NCBI GenBank assembly: GCA_963705305.1
Contig: OY970067.1
Location: 128,001-192,000 of the forward strand
Length of the DNA: 64,000 bases
From: an uncultured Methylomirabilota bacterium
GTDB taxonomy: Bacteria; Methylomirabilota; Methylomirabilia; Methylomirabilales; 2-02-FULL-66-22
Direction of reading: 5' to 3'
The notes under the pieces were generated by a model, which worked only from the letters and a program-made list of their open reading frames with translations, was not told where the DNA came from and searched no databases. Position numbers and translations under genes: made by a program. Below, in pieces: positions 50,136 to 60,454 of this stretch. How positions within the stretch are numbered: the stretch's first letter is position 1; each line of letters begins with the position of its first letter.

Positions 50136-51452
50136 CTACACCTCTCCGGCAGGTGTCAGTTTGGGCTTGATCATCTCCTCGACCCTGAACTCGCGGAAGG
50201 CCACCAGCCCGGTCGGCCGGAAGATCATCACCAGGATCAGCAGCGCCGGAATGACGATCCAGCGGAGGATCTCCAGCGGGCGCAGGGCCTCGATGAGGAA
50301 GTTGAGCCCGACGGCGCCCACGATGGAGCCGACCACGGAGTTCAGCCCGCCCAGGTACACCATGGCCAGGACTTCGCTCAATTTCAGAATGCCGAAGGAG
50401 CCCGGATTCACGTACCGGATGACGTGCGCCAAGAGGCCCCCGGCCACGCCGGCCCAGAAGGCCGAGAACAGGAACGCCACCATCTTGGTGTGGCGGGTGT
50501 TGACGGTCATGGCGTCGGCGGCCGTCTCGTCGTCCCGCACGCCGTTCAGCGCCTTGCCGAGGGTGGAGCGGACATAGTTGTTGATGACCAGGATGCCCAG
50601 GGCGGTCACGGCAAAGATCACGGGCAGGCTGGCGAAATCCGGCTGCCCCATGAACCCGCGCGCCCCGCCCACGATCTCCAGATTCTCGATCAGGCTCTTC
50701 ACGATGAAGGTGAAGGCCAGGGAGATGATGGCCAGGTAGTCCCCCCGCGTCTTGAAGGACGGGATGGCGACGAACAGCGCTCCGAATGCCGCCACCAATC
50801 CCCCGGCGATGAGAGAGAAGGGGAAAATAATCGGCGCCAGGGCGGCGGGCAGCAGCGGTGCGCCCAGGATCTTGTTCTGGACGAAGCACACCACGGTGAT
50901 GACCGAGGCGCCGTAGGCGCCCAGGGCCATGAAGCCCGGGTGGGAGCAGGAGAACTCCCCCATGTAGCCGTTGACCACGTTCAGGCTCAGGGTCACGATG
51001 ATGGCGATCAGGGTCAGCTTGAGGACCAGCGCCCGGTAATCCCCGAGCCCAGCCCACACGCTCATGACGGCATAGAGCAGGAGCAGGTGGACGATCAGGG
51101 AGGCCCAGCGGGGAAATCGGAGCAATCCGGCCGCCAGCCAGTTTGCCGGCGCGGCGCTCAGCCGGGCCACCAGGCCGACCGGCAGGATATAGACCGCCGC
51201 GACATACAGCAGCGTGTGGGGAATGAGGGCCGGCCGGCTGAACACAACGTCCAAACCGAAGAGCGCGGGCATATCGTCCATGCCGAGGGCCGACACCAGG
51301 TGGGCACCCACCAGATATTCGACCCCGGCCGCCCCCAGCGCGCCCAGCAGCCAGCCCAGCAGCGGGACCCGGACAAAGGGGGCGCGCACCCTCCCCCAAA
51401 GGGCCATACCCCGCGGACGCTCTGCAGGAAGCTCCCCGCCTTCAATTCGCAT
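50136..51452 (-). CDS. livM: LIV-type ABC permease with N-terminal membrane extension (start uncertain)
   Basis: SLNVVNGYMG, RGDYLAI, RDDETAA, GGLNS, RPTGL. Confidence 0.85.
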   Translation of the reverse strand: MRIEGGELPAERPRGMALWGRVRAPFVRVPLLGWLLGALGAAGVEYLVGAHLVSALGMDDMPALFGLDVVFSRPALIPHTLLYVAAVYILPVGLVARLSAAPANWLAAGLLRFPRWASLIVHLLLLYAVMSVWAGLGDYRALVLKLTLIAIIVTLSLNVVNGYMGEFSCSHPGFMALGAYGASVITVVCFVQNKILGAPLLPAALAPIIFPFSLIAGGLVAAFGALFVAIPSFKTRGDYLAIISLAFTFIVKSLIENLEIVGGARGFMGQPDFASLPVIFAVTALGILVINNYVRSTLGKALNGVRDDETAADAMTVNTRHTKMVAFLFSAFWAGVAGGLLAHVIRYVNPGSFGILKLSEVLAMVYLGGLNSVVGSIVGAVGLNFLIEALRPLEILRWIVIPALLILVMIFRPTGLVAFREFRVEEMIKPKLTPAGEV

Positions 51453-51506
51453 CTTTATCGGAACCTCCTTGAACAGCCTGGGCGACACCGGGTATGCCGC
51501 ATCGTG

Positions 51507-52430
51507 CTAGAGCCTCAGGTGGGCGCTGTAGGGCTCGCCGAAGAATCCGTGGGGCCTGAAGGTCAGGATGACCAGGATGATCGAGTAGGCGACCAGGTCG
51601 CGGACGGTGGACGGCAGGATGGCCGCCACGAAGATCTCGATGAATCCCAGGAGGAACCCGGCCAGCGCCGCGCCGGGGATGGACCCGCGCCCGCCGAGGA
51701 TGGCGGCGACGAAAGCCTTCCAGCCCACCAGGACGCCCATGTAGGGATCCAGCACGGGATACGCGATGCCGTAGAGGATGCCCGCGGCGGCGGCCAGCGC
51801 CGAACCGATGGCGAAGGTCATCGCGGCAACGGAGTTGCTGGAGACCCCCATCAACGGGACCACGACGTAGTCGTAGGCCATGGCCCGCATGGCCATGCCC
51901 CACTTGGTGTGGCGCACGAACTGGTGCAGCGCCAGCATGAGCAGCGCGGACACCAGCACGATGATGATCCGGGTGTTGGTGATGCTCACCCCGGCAATCT
52001 GGTAGGTCTTGGTGGCAATCAGGGCGGGGAAATTCCGCCGGGCGGCCCCGAACAGCGCCAGATTCCCCGTCTCGAGGATGATGCCCACCATCAATCCCGT
52101 CACGGCGGCCGAGGCGCGGGGCGCATTCCGCAGGGGCCGGTACGCGATCCGCTCGACGATCATCCCCAGGACGGAGGTGGCGATCATGGCGAACACGATC
52201 GTCAGCACCAGGATCAGCCAGCCGGGCAGCGGCAGGGCCCCTGTCGCGGCGGCGGCGACCAGGCCGATGGAGATGAAGAATCCGATGTAAGCTCCCGACA
52301 TGAAGATGTCGCCATGCGCGAAGTTGAACAGCATCAGCACGCCGTAGACCATCGAGTAGCCCAGGGCGATCAGGGCGTAGAAGCTGCCCCACTGCAGCGC
52401 ATTGATGACATTCTGCAGGAAAAACGCCAT
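51507..52430 (-). CDS. livH: LIV-type ABC permease
   Basis: YALIALGYSMVYG, NFAHGD, KAFVAAILGG. Confidence 0.92.
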   Translation of the reverse strand: MAFFLQNVINALQWGSFYALIALGYSMVYGVLMLFNFAHGDIFMSGAYIGFFISIGLVAAAATGALPLPGWLILVLTIVFAMIATSVLGMIVERIAYRPLRNAPRASAAVTGLMVGIILETGNLALFGAARRNFPALIATKTYQIAGVSITNTRIIIVLVSALLMLALHQFVRHTKWGMAMRAMAYDYVVVPLMGVSSNSVAAMTFAIGSALAAAAGILYGIAYPVLDPYMGVLVGWKAFVAAILGGRGSIPGAALAGFLLGFIEIFVAAILPSTVRDLVAYSIILVILTFRPHGFFGEPYSAHLRL

Positions 52431-52563
52431 CGGGTGTGCTCCTTACAGAGGTCGGGCCCGGAGCCTCGCGGCCCCGCGCCCGACCTTTCTGGTTCCCGCG
52501 TGGGTTGCAACGCGACGGATCATCCGCTGCCCAACGGGCAACGGCGGTCCGACGGCGCGTGTC

Positions 52564-53745
52564 CTACTTTGGACACACCTGCTTGAAGAAGGTGAAGTCC
52601 CCGGTGTTGCTGATCTTGACGATGACGGCGCACTTGGACGGATCGCCGCTCCCCTCGTGGAAGGTCATGCTGCCCGTGATGCCCTTGAAGTCGCGAATTG
52701 TCGCGATGGCGTCCCGGACGCATTTCCGATCTTGCTTGATATTCCCGGTGATCTTGCCGCACTTCTGGATCCCTGTCTGAACGATTCCGAGGGCATCCCA
52801 CGTCAGGGCGGCGACGTCATCCGGCACGTAGCCGTACTTCTGGTTGTAGCGATCGATGAACTCCTTGGTCTTGCCTGTGGCCCCGGCGGCCGCGTAGTGC
52901 GTGCTGAAGTACAGGCCGTCGCAGTCGCTGCCACACAGCTTCATCAGCTCGGCCGAGCCCCAGCTGTCGCTCCCCACGATGGGCTTGTTGAAGCCCAGCT
53001 GGTGCGCCTGCTTCACAATCAGGGGCACCTCGTCGTAATACTGCGGGGTGAACAGGAACTGGGCGCCCGAGTCCTTGATCTTGGTCAGCTGCGCGCTGAA
53101 ATCCTTGTCCTTGGTGGTGAAACTCTCGAAGGAGACCACGGAGCCGGCCCCATGCAGGTCCTCCCAGGCCTTCTTGAAGTACTCGGCGAGGCCCTTGGGA
53201 TAGTCGCTGGCGATGTCGTACAACACCGCCGCCTTCGTGAAGTGGAACTGGTCGGTGACGAAATTGGCGATCACCGGCCCCTGGAACGGATCCAGGAAAC
53301 AGGCGCGGAAGACCCAGGGGCGATTGAGCGTGGCATTGGGGTTCGTGGACCACGGGGTGACCATGGGAGTTTCATAGTTGTTGGCGACCTCGCCGGCCGG
53401 CACGGCCTGCTTGGAGGCCTGGGGGCCGACGATCACCAGGACCTGGTCCTGGGTGATCATCTTGGTATTGGCGAGGACCGCCGACTCGGCCTTGGACTCG
53501 TTGTCCTCGATCACCAGCTCGACCTTGTACGTCTGGCTGCCCACCTTCAAGCCGCCGGCCTTTTGGACATCCTCCAGCCACATCTGGGCGGCGAACTTGG
53601 TCCCCTCTCCGACCTTGGGGATGTCCCCGGTGAGGGGGGCGTTGATCCCGATCTTGATGACCGCCGCATGGGCGGCTGTCCCGGCGGCCAGCGCGAAGCC
53701 CATGAGAAACACCGACAAGGCTACGGCCAAAAGCTTTCGACTCAT
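52564..53745 (-). CDS. LIV-type substrate-binding protein
   Basis: Sec signal peptide, IKIGINAPLTG, FRACFLDPFQG, DFSAQLTKI, FKGITG. Confidence 0.92.
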   Translation of the reverse strand: MSRKLLAVALSVFLMGFALAAGTAAHAAVIKIGINAPLTGDIPKVGEGTKFAAQMWLEDVQKAGGLKVGSQTYKVELVIEDNESKAESAVLANTKMITQDQVLVIVGPQASKQAVPAGEVANNYETPMVTPWSTNPNATLNRPWVFRACFLDPFQGPVIANFVTDQFHFTKAAVLYDIASDYPKGLAEYFKKAWEDLHGAGSVVSFESFTTKDKDFSAQLTKIKDSGAQFLFTPQYYDEVPLIVKQAHQLGFNKPIVGSDSWGSAELMKLCGSDCDGLYFSTHYAAAGATGKTKEFIDRYNQKYGYVPDDVAALTWDALGIVQTGIQKCGKITGNIKQDRKCVRDAIATIRDFKGITGSMTFHEGSGDPSKCAVIVKISNTGDFTFFKQVCPK

Positions 53746-53922
53746 TGTCCCCTCCTTCTCCGCTCAATGCGCTCTTCGTTCCAATTCGGCGCCCTCACCG
53801 AGCGCCACCTCCTGCTGCCAATCACCTCCTTCCGGACGGACTTGACCATCAGAGGGCCCGGCCGCCCACAGCCCTCCGCCAGCATGTATGATCGCGCATG
53901 CCTCGGGGCTGGGGGCGGGAAA

Positions 53923-53938
53923 AGCAATCGGGGTGCCA
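53923..53938 (-). promoter_or_regulatory. Sigma54 promoter of the second LIV operon
   Basis: TGGCAC-cccga-TTGCT on the minus strand (consensus match). Confidence 0.8.
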
Positions 53939-54405
53939 AACAGAGTAGTTCCCTCCCCGGACAATCCGATGACGCCCTCCGCCCTGCGTCCTCCCTCAGT
54001 TCAAGCTGCGGGCGCCGGCCGTTCCGGGTGCCCGCGGGTGTCCACACTTCTGTGAGATTCGACAATTCCGTGTGCAAAAGTGTCCCCTCGGAGCAGGATG
54101 CCGAAGGCGGGCCGGCGACGAGAGCGCAGCCGTCTCTCCACCAGGACGGCAACAACCCTCACGGCGACCGCGTATCCGGCAGGCTTCCGGAGTGCCCCGA
54201 ACGCATCCCATCACGCCATGCGGGGCCCGGAAACAGCGCAGCCCTTGGGGAGGCAACCGCCCCCAAAGGCCGCGCAGGTGTGGCCATCCGCAGGTTTTTC
54301 GCAGCCGGCATCCCAGCCCCCTCTTCTCCCGATTTGGGGACCATTGCAGACCGGCAGGACGCTACCTCTTCGGGGTGGCAGAAGTCAAGGGGAAAGGCGG
54401 AGCAC

Positions 54406-55074
54406 TCAACGGATGGCGCCGCTGTAAAGATACCATCCGATCCCGATGGTGAAGACGTAATCGCCCCAGAGCCCATGCTCCAGGCTCGCCGCCAGGAGCG
54501 ATCCCGTCCGGAGGTACCGGTAGGCGAAGATGATCCCGCCCAGCGTGGCCAGGGTGAAGGCGATCCAGTTGCCGTAGACGAGGTGGGCCAGGCCGAAGCT
54601 GAGCCCGTTCAGCAGGACGAGGTGCGCGTCGTTGTGGAAGAGCCTCCGGTAGCGGTGAAAGAAGAAGGCGCGGAAGAGCAGCTCCTGCGGATACACTCCC
54701 AGGATCGGGTAGAGGAGCATCACCAGCACCCAGGCTCCGGGCCTCTCCAGCGGGAAGATCAGAAAGCGATCCGGCAGGAAGACGGCGTTGAGAATGCTGA
54801 GCAGCAGGCCGGCCGGCAGGAACAAAAGCAGGATAGCGCGGAGGTGCCGGGGGAGCCCGGCCGTGGACCACAGGCTGCGGCGGTCGAACCTTTCGGCGCG
54901 GACCAGGAACAGGACGGCCCCCAGGGCCAGCGCCAGGGCCAGCAGGGAGATCCGCCAGGCCAGCTGGTGCCGGACGAAGTACAGGCAGGGCGGGAGCACG
55001 AAGAAGCCCGCGGCGCACTCCGCCAGCCGGAGCCAGGTTGCCGGTGTGTCTCGATCCGAGTCGGGGGCGGCCAT
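54406..55074 (-). CDS. CPBP (Abi/CAAX) intramembrane protease family protein
   Basis: PQELLFR, FGLAH, EHGLWG; multi-TM. Confidence 0.8.
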   Translation of the reverse strand: MAAPDSDRDTPATWLRLAECAAGFFVLPPCLYFVRHQLAWRISLLALALALGAVLFLVRAERFDRRSLWSTAGLPRHLRAILLLFLPAGLLLSILNAVFLPDRFLIFPLERPGAWVLVMLLYPILGVYPQELLFRAFFFHRYRRLFHNDAHLVLLNGLSFGLAHLVYGNWIAFTLATLGGIIFAYRYLRTGSLLAASLEHGLWGDYVFTIGIGWYLYSGAIR

Positions 55075-55249
55075 GCTATGTGGCGAATCCGGCTGAACCG
55101 GATTCCAGCCAGCGTGCCTATCATACCCCGACAGCGAATCTTCCTCCATCCGCGTGGGCCGGGACCGCCGCCGCTCCTGGCGCGCGACGAGCGGGATGCC
55201 GGACGGCGCGAGCCCGCCGGGGAAGATGGTGGAGAGGCGAGACGGGCGG

Positions 55250-55975
55250 TCAGTCGGTCAGGTAGGCGTGGAAGATCTGCTCGATTTCCCCGAGGCCCTT
55301 GCGGAGCAGCAGCATGTTGGTGAACTGGGCGTAGCAGTCGAGCTGGATGAGGGCGTTCAGGCCCGCGTCCCCCACGTGCACCTCAAGAATGCGCAGGTGG
55401 AAGCAGCTGTTGACCGTCACGACCTCCTGGTAGATCTTGGCCAAGCCCTCCAGCTCCCAGTCCGGCTCCTTGCCCCGTTTCTTCAGGAACAGCTGGGCCA
55501 GCCAGTACATGGCGATGGCGCGGTAGGTCGTCTCCTGGAGGCTGGCGAAGGGCGAGTGCGTGTACACTAGGGGCCGGAGCTTGTCCAGCACGGGACAGCC
55601 GCTGGTGACCATGTAGATTCCCACCAGCGCGCTCAGGCCGTCCTGGAGCGGCACCCGCTTGGCATAGGTCCTGTTCTCGGTGGAGATCTCTACGTCTGTC
55701 TCTTCGTACGAGAAGGCATCCTTGAAATGCTCGACGACCTCCACCAGGTTGGCCGCCACCGGACAGCGCGGGTGCGTGTTCGGCCGGAGGGGACAGATGG
55801 TGCACTGCTGATAGGTGAGGCAAGTCCAGTCGGGGTAGGCCCGACGCTTCGCGGGGATAAGGGCCAGCGTGCGGGGTTCCAGGCGGACGGTAACCTCCCG
55901 CGCCCTCCCCTGCACAGAGGAGAACTTGTAGCGGAACCAGACCCCATTCTCGGAGCGCTTCGCCCGATCTTCCAT
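55250..55975 (-). CDS. Hypothetical Cys-rich protein (DUF6901-like)
   Basis: WTCL..QCTICPL...CPVA, TSGCP, HSPFAS..ET; family name from memory. Confidence 0.65.
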   Translation of the reverse strand: MEDRAKRSENGVWFRYKFSSVQGRAREVTVRLEPRTLALIPAKRRAYPDWTCLTYQQCTICPLRPNTHPRCPVAANLVEVVEHFKDAFSYEETDVEISTENRTYAKRVPLQDGLSALVGIYMVTSGCPVLDKLRPLVYTHSPFASLQETTYRAIAMYWLAQLFLKKRGKEPDWELEGLAKIYQEVVTVNSCFHLRILEVHVGDAGLNALIQLDCYAQFTNMLLLRKGLGEIEQIFHAYLTD

Positions 55976-56134
55976 TCGCGCGGTCCTCTCCCACCCCCCC
56001 GGGGGGTGGGAGCATTGTGGGTGCCGTCGCGGCCCCTGTCAAGGAAGACTGTCCCCGCTCTCGCGGTTGTCCTCTCCCCGGCATCACCGAAAGAAGTCGC
56101 GCCGGAACAGAGGGCCCTGGACCTCTTCGCGCTC

Positions 56135-56968
56135 TTACTCGGTCGCGACGCCGGCCTCTCTCGCCCGCGCCACCAGGTACTCGCGGCCGGCCAGCATGTC
56201 GTCGAGGCTGCCGAAGGCGTTGGTGTAGTGGCCCCTGAAGCCCTTCCCCTCGACGCGCCGGAACATATCCACGAAGTCCAGGTCGCCGGCGCCCGGCTTC
56301 AGATGGAGCTCGTGTCCCAGGCGGAAGCAGTCGGCGATCCGCACCTCGTCCACCCGCCTGAAGTCCAACGCGTCGCAGAAGCCCCCGACCCCCTCGGGCA
56401 CCAGGTGGGCGTGGTTCACCGTGAAAGACAGCCGGAAAGCCGGCGACTGGATCCGCTCGTAGAAGGCGCGCCACTCTTCCAAGGTGGCCGGGATGTAGTG
56501 TACCTCGGCCGTCTCCGGCTCGGCGTTGTGATTCTCGAGGAGCATGCGCACCCCCTTCCTCTCGGCGTAGGCGGCGAGCCGCTGGAGCCGCTCGACGGCC
56601 GCGTCCGTGCGCATCCGTTTGTCGGCGGTGAAGTGGTAGCCTCCGTGCACCACCATCCACCCGGCCCCCAGCTTGGGGTAGATGTCCACGTAGCTCCGGA
56701 GGTACTGGTCCACCGCCTCCGACACATAGGGCGAATACTCCGCCACGTTGACCGCCGACAGCGTGTGCAGCCCCAGGTGGATCCCGTGCTTCTCCACCGC
56801 CGCCCGCACCGCCGCGGCGCGGGCGGCGTCGAAGGTCGTGATGGCGTTTTGCGCCGTGTCCAGCTGGATGTCGATGTAGCGAACGCCGTTGCCGGCCGCC
56901 CACTGGATCCCCTCCTCCAGCCGGATGCGCCGCCCCAGGTCGATGCCGATGCGATCCCGCAGCCTCAT
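56135..56968 (-). CDS. Sugar phosphate isomerase/epimerase (AP endonuclease 2 TIM barrel)
   Basis: GLHT, VVHGG, LLEN, NHAH, HLKPGAGDLDF. Confidence 0.85.
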   Translation of the reverse strand: MRLRDRIGIDLGRRIRLEEGIQWAAGNGVRYIDIQLDTAQNAITTFDAARAAAVRAAVEKHGIHLGLHTLSAVNVAEYSPYVSEAVDQYLRSYVDIYPKLGAGWMVVHGGYHFTADKRMRTDAAVERLQRLAAYAERKGVRMLLENHNAEPETAEVHYIPATLEEWRAFYERIQSPAFRLSFTVNHAHLVPEGVGGFCDALDFRRVDEVRIADCFRLGHELHLKPGAGDLDFVDMFRRVEGKGFRGHYTNAFGSLDDMLAGREYLVARAREAGVATE

Positions 56969-57403
56969 CTCATCCTCCCCCACTGCGTGGAATATAGGGG
57001 ACGTTGCGACTTTATTGTCTTTATTCCGGCGATCTGGCGGCGCCCCACGTCGAAGGCGAAGGGGGCTTTCTTTGTCGCCATCCGTCCAACGTCGGTCCTC
57101 CCAAGATCTGTGTGAAGAGCACCATGCCCTTCATCTTCTCCTCCTTCCGGTGTGAGGATCTGGTGCGCTTCCCATCTTTACAGGCCTCCCGCCCGCTCCG
57201 TCCTTCGCCGCCCCTGTGCAAAAGCCGCGGCCCCCTAAAAGGCTTGCCTCCAGAGGGCCGCCCGATCATCCCACCGAAACGGTCCGTTCCGAACGGTTCT
57301 CCCGTCTTCCCATGGCCGGCCGGAAAGAGCGCATCGCGCCGGCCCGGCACGGCTCCGGGATCTGGGACCGGCCGCCGACCGCCAGCACACCCCCCCGACC
57401 GTC

Positions 57404-57614
57404 CAGCAAGCTGCCGAAGCACCCGTTTCGCTCAGGCTGCTCAAAAAGGTCCAGAAGCAAGGCGGCGTCACCCATCCCTCGGGATGGGTACCCGGTGCGG
57501 TGCGAGACGTGCTCTGCTCGTACGTCGCAGCGCCACGCGAGCGCGCGGGCACCCGTCCGAAGGATGGGCACCCATCAGATGGGTACCCGGCAGATGGGCC
57601 TTTTTCAGCAGCCT
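57404..57614 (-). repeat. Palindromic MITE/REP-like element, family A, copy 2
   Basis: Reverse complement reads AGGCTGCTGAAAAAGGCCCATCTGCCGGGTACC...TGGACCTTTTTGAGCAGCCTG, as at 1106-1241. Confidence 0.8.
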
Positions 57615-57615
57615 A

Positions 57616-58548
57616 CTAGGCCAGCCGGGCAAACTTCTGGATGGTGCGGGCCCCCCGGTCCATCTTGGCGTGGGTCACGGACACCTCGCCCACATACAGA
57701 TCTCCCCGGGAATCCGCGGTGAGGGTGTGAGGGGCGAAGAACAGTCGATCCTCGGCCCCGTGCCCCTCGTTCCCCCAGCGGGCGAGCAGGTCGCCGCCCA
57801 GCGTGAAGATGCTGATCCGCATGCATAGCTCGCTCACGATGACGACATCGTCGCCGACGTACATGTCCGTGGGCCGGATGAGGTCCGTCCACTGGCTGAT
57901 GAACTTGCCGTCCTCGCGGAAGATCTGGATCCGGCTGTTCTCGCGGTCGGCCACCCATACGCGGCCTGCCTTGTCGACCCGCAGATTGTGGGGCAGCCTG
58001 AACTGGGACGGCCCGGGCCCCGGCCCGCCCCACGAGGAGATCAGCTCTCCCTTGGCGGTGAATCGATGCACCTGCGCGTTCCCGTAACCGTCCGAGACGT
58101 AGATCTCTCCCTTGGGAGAGATCGCGACCCCGGTCGGCCGGTTGAACGGTCCCCCGCCGTGCGTGATGGACGCAATGCGCTCGAACAGATCGGGGGTTTC
58201 CCGGTAACCCGTGTCGGAGGGCTTGTCCTCGGTCCCGATGGTCATGAGGAGCTTCCCCTCCGGCGTGAACTGCCTCACCGTGTGCTTCCGGTCATCCGTG
58301 CAAAAGATCGAGCCGTTGGGTCCGGCACAGCTGCCGTGAGCGCGGCCGAAGAGGCCCTTGCCCCACCTGGACACCAGGGCGCCGTCTCGATCGAAGATCG
58401 TGATCGGGGACGCGCCCCGGCTGAGGACGTAGACGCGGTCGCCGGAATCCACGCACACCCCGCCGACGTCCACGAACGACTCCCCCTCAGGGAGCTTCGC
58501 CCACCCGGGCGCCAGCTCGTACCGGTACTTCCCCTTGCCGTAGACCAT
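57616..58548 (-). CDS. NHL-repeat beta-propeller (peptidyl-alpha-hydroxyglycine lyase-like)
   Basis: FNRPTGVA, VSDGYGN, FRLPH, VADRENSRIQIF, APHTL. Confidence 0.9.
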   Translation of the reverse strand: MVYGKGKYRYELAPGWAKLPEGESFVDVGGVCVDSGDRVYVLSRGASPITIFDRDGALVSRWGKGLFGRAHGSCAGPNGSIFCTDDRKHTVRQFTPEGKLLMTIGTEDKPSDTGYRETPDLFERIASITHGGGPFNRPTGVAISPKGEIYVSDGYGNAQVHRFTAKGELISSWGGPGPGPSQFRLPHNLRVDKAGRVWVADRENSRIQIFREDGKFISQWTDLIRPTDMYVGDDVVIVSELCMRISIFTLGGDLLARWGNEGHGAEDRLFFAPHTLTADSRGDLYVGEVSVTHAKMDRGARTIQKFARLA

Positions 58549-58892
58549 GTCTCTGCGCTCCTTCCCTCGGGTTGCTCCTTCGTGCGCCCGCTTCCGCGGA
58601 CCCGCCGGCCGTCTCTCGAAATCCCGTCCCGTCCGGGATCATCGTCGGACACGCCCCCGGCCGCGCTCGCCCCGGTCGGGCACCCTCTTCCACGGGCCGC
58701 GTCGGATTATGTGACGGGGACCTCCGGTTGTCCAGCCCAACCGGCCAAACGTCCGGTTGGGCGGGTCCTGCGCAGGAGAACATCCGGGGCCTACGGGCCG
58801 ATCCCGGCTCGCGGCGCGAGGCGTGGCGCCGGAGGCCCGAAGGGAAGGGAGCCGGTGCGGGAGAGAACGATCGGCCCGAGCGGGCGCGCGGA

Positions 58893-60008
58893 TCACAGCC
58901 GCTTGCGGAACGGCGCAGCGTAGCCGGTCATCTCAACGTAGGCCCGGCCCGTGATGGGGCGGCCGGCGAGGATGCCCTGGACGGCGGCGGCTCCCTCCCA
59001 GTAGATCACCCCGGTGCTCTTGGCCGTGTCCAGCTCCTGGTCGGGGAAGGCGGGCGTCACCGCGACCTCGAGCCCCAGGCTCGGCACACGGAGCCGCCAT
59101 TTCATCGGATAGGTCCCCCGGGTCCGGGGGCTTTGCCATCGATCCAGGACCTCCACCTGGAAGTCCCGCCGCTTCAGGCCGGTCGCCTTCCCGTCCTGCG
59201 CCACCCACGTCCCCGCCGAGTACGGATCGGGGCGCCCGTCGGCCCCCCGGATGAGGTAGAGCATCAGCTCCGTTCCATCGTCGAATTGGAGGCTGAACCA
59301 GTCCCACCCCACCTGGTCGGGATTGAGCTGGGTCGAGCCAAACTCGTGATCCATCCAGCTCCAGCCGGTCACCGCTAGGGTCTTTCCGCCGACAGTCAAG
59401 CTCCCCTCGGTCTTGAGGCGCGTCAGCGAATAGTAGTGCGAGGCGCGCCCGCGCCCCGCCCCCTTTTGACTCACCCCGTTCTCCCCGTTGATCGCGGGGG
59501 GCTTTTGCGAGACGAGGCCGAGCTCCAAGCCGTAGGCACCCTCCTGCGCTTTCAGCCGGTGCGTGACCCCGTCCCCCGTCACCTCCCAGCCCCCCACCCA
59601 GACGTGGAGCTCCGTCTGGCTGGCCCCGGCCTGGCCCATGGCGGCCCGTCCGACCCGCTCGAAGCAGTGGAAAGTCCCGTGCGGGATGTCCGAGATCGCG
59701 AAGTGGGCCAGATACAGGTTTCGGGCGGCCCAGCGGGAGGGGCTCGTCCGCGCCTCGGCCAGCCCGCTGCGGAAGAACGTCACTTGAAATCCGTACTCCT
59801 CCCCGTCCGTCGTCCGCAGGTGGCCGGTGTAATACCACCACTCGGTCCGGTAGTCGTCGTGGGAGTAATGGTCCCGCGGAAAGGCGAACCGATAGCCGGG
59901 AAGCGCCTGGCGGAACTCGGCCGCCCGGACACTCGGGACGGGCGAGAGCGGCCAGGCGGCCGTGAGCGCGAGAGCGGTGAGGAGCACCCCGCGGAAAGCC
60001 GCCTTCAT
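58893..60008 (-). CDS. Secreted lipocalin-like / AttH (CrtC-like) protein
   Basis: FPRDH, EWWYYTG, SHYYS, WMDHEF, GWDWF, YWEG, EMTGY. Confidence 0.88.
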   Translation of the reverse strand: MKAAFRGVLLTALALTAAWPLSPVPSVRAAEFRQALPGYRFAFPRDHYSHDDYRTEWWYYTGHLRTTDGEEYGFQVTFFRSGLAEARTSPSRWAARNLYLAHFAISDIPHGTFHCFERVGRAAMGQAGASQTELHVWVGGWEVTGDGVTHRLKAQEGAYGLELGLVSQKPPAINGENGVSQKGAGRGRASHYYSLTRLKTEGSLTVGGKTLAVTGWSWMDHEFGSTQLNPDQVGWDWFSLQFDDGTELMLYLIRGADGRPDPYSAGTWVAQDGKATGLKRRDFQVEVLDRWQSPRTRGTYPMKWRLRVPSLGLEVAVTPAFPDQELDTAKSTGVIYWEGAAAVQGILAGRPITGRAYVEMTGYAAPFRKRL

Positions 60009-60454
60009 GGACTGGACGCCTCTGCCTCCGGCGGCGCGGCGGACGGCACGTGGGACCGGAGCCTCCGGAAAAACGCGTCCGCGTCCGGCGGCGTGATGAC
60101 GATCTCGCGCCGTCTGCCTTCGCGGAGATGCAGCGTGATCCGATTCCCCAGGCGGAAGGTCACCCAGTGCTCGCACCAGAGCGAGCCGCCCATCCGGACG
60201 GCCGTGATGTCGGCATACCGGATGACGCGGAAGGGCACGCCCAGCGCCACGATCTCCAGCGCCTGCTCTCCCAAACGATACTGCAGCGTGGCCACCCCAT
60301 AGATCGTGATCAGGCCGAAGGTCACTGTCGATGTCAGCAGCCACACCCAGAACTCAAACGGCACGGTGCCTCCGAATGCGCCCCGCTCCGCTCCGCCGTC
60401 GCCCGCCGTCCGCGCGGCCGTGCGGGCCCCTGCGCGCCACGGCCTCCCCCTCAT
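60005..60454 (-). CDS. Hypothetical membrane protein with bacterial PH-like domain
   Basis: TM helix then YRL...LEI...IRYADI...IVITP; ATGA overlaps with both neighbours. Confidence 0.65.
   Translation of the reverse strand: MRGRPWRAGARTAARTAGDGGAERGAFGGTVPFEFWVWLLTSTVTFGLITIYGVATLQYRLGEQALEIVALGVPFRVIRYADITAVRMGGSLWCEHWVTFRLGNRITLHLREGRRREIVITPPDADAFFRRLRSHVPSAAPPEAEASSP

Noticed and set aside
54406..55074. CPBP protein as an abortive-infection defence gene or dead enzyme (QE instead of EE)
   Set aside because: No defence-island context; the other motifs are intact and one substitution is insufficient evidence.
57210..57270. c-di-GMP-I riboswitch-like GCAAAAGCC...CCTAA segment
   Set aside because: The 5' GGCAAAC/GNRA-stem half is missing and no gene follows on that strand.
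58893..60008. Carotenoid 1,2-hydratase implying carotenoid synthesis
   Set aside because: Context is an Att-like ABC operon, the protein has a signal peptide, and no crt genes are present.
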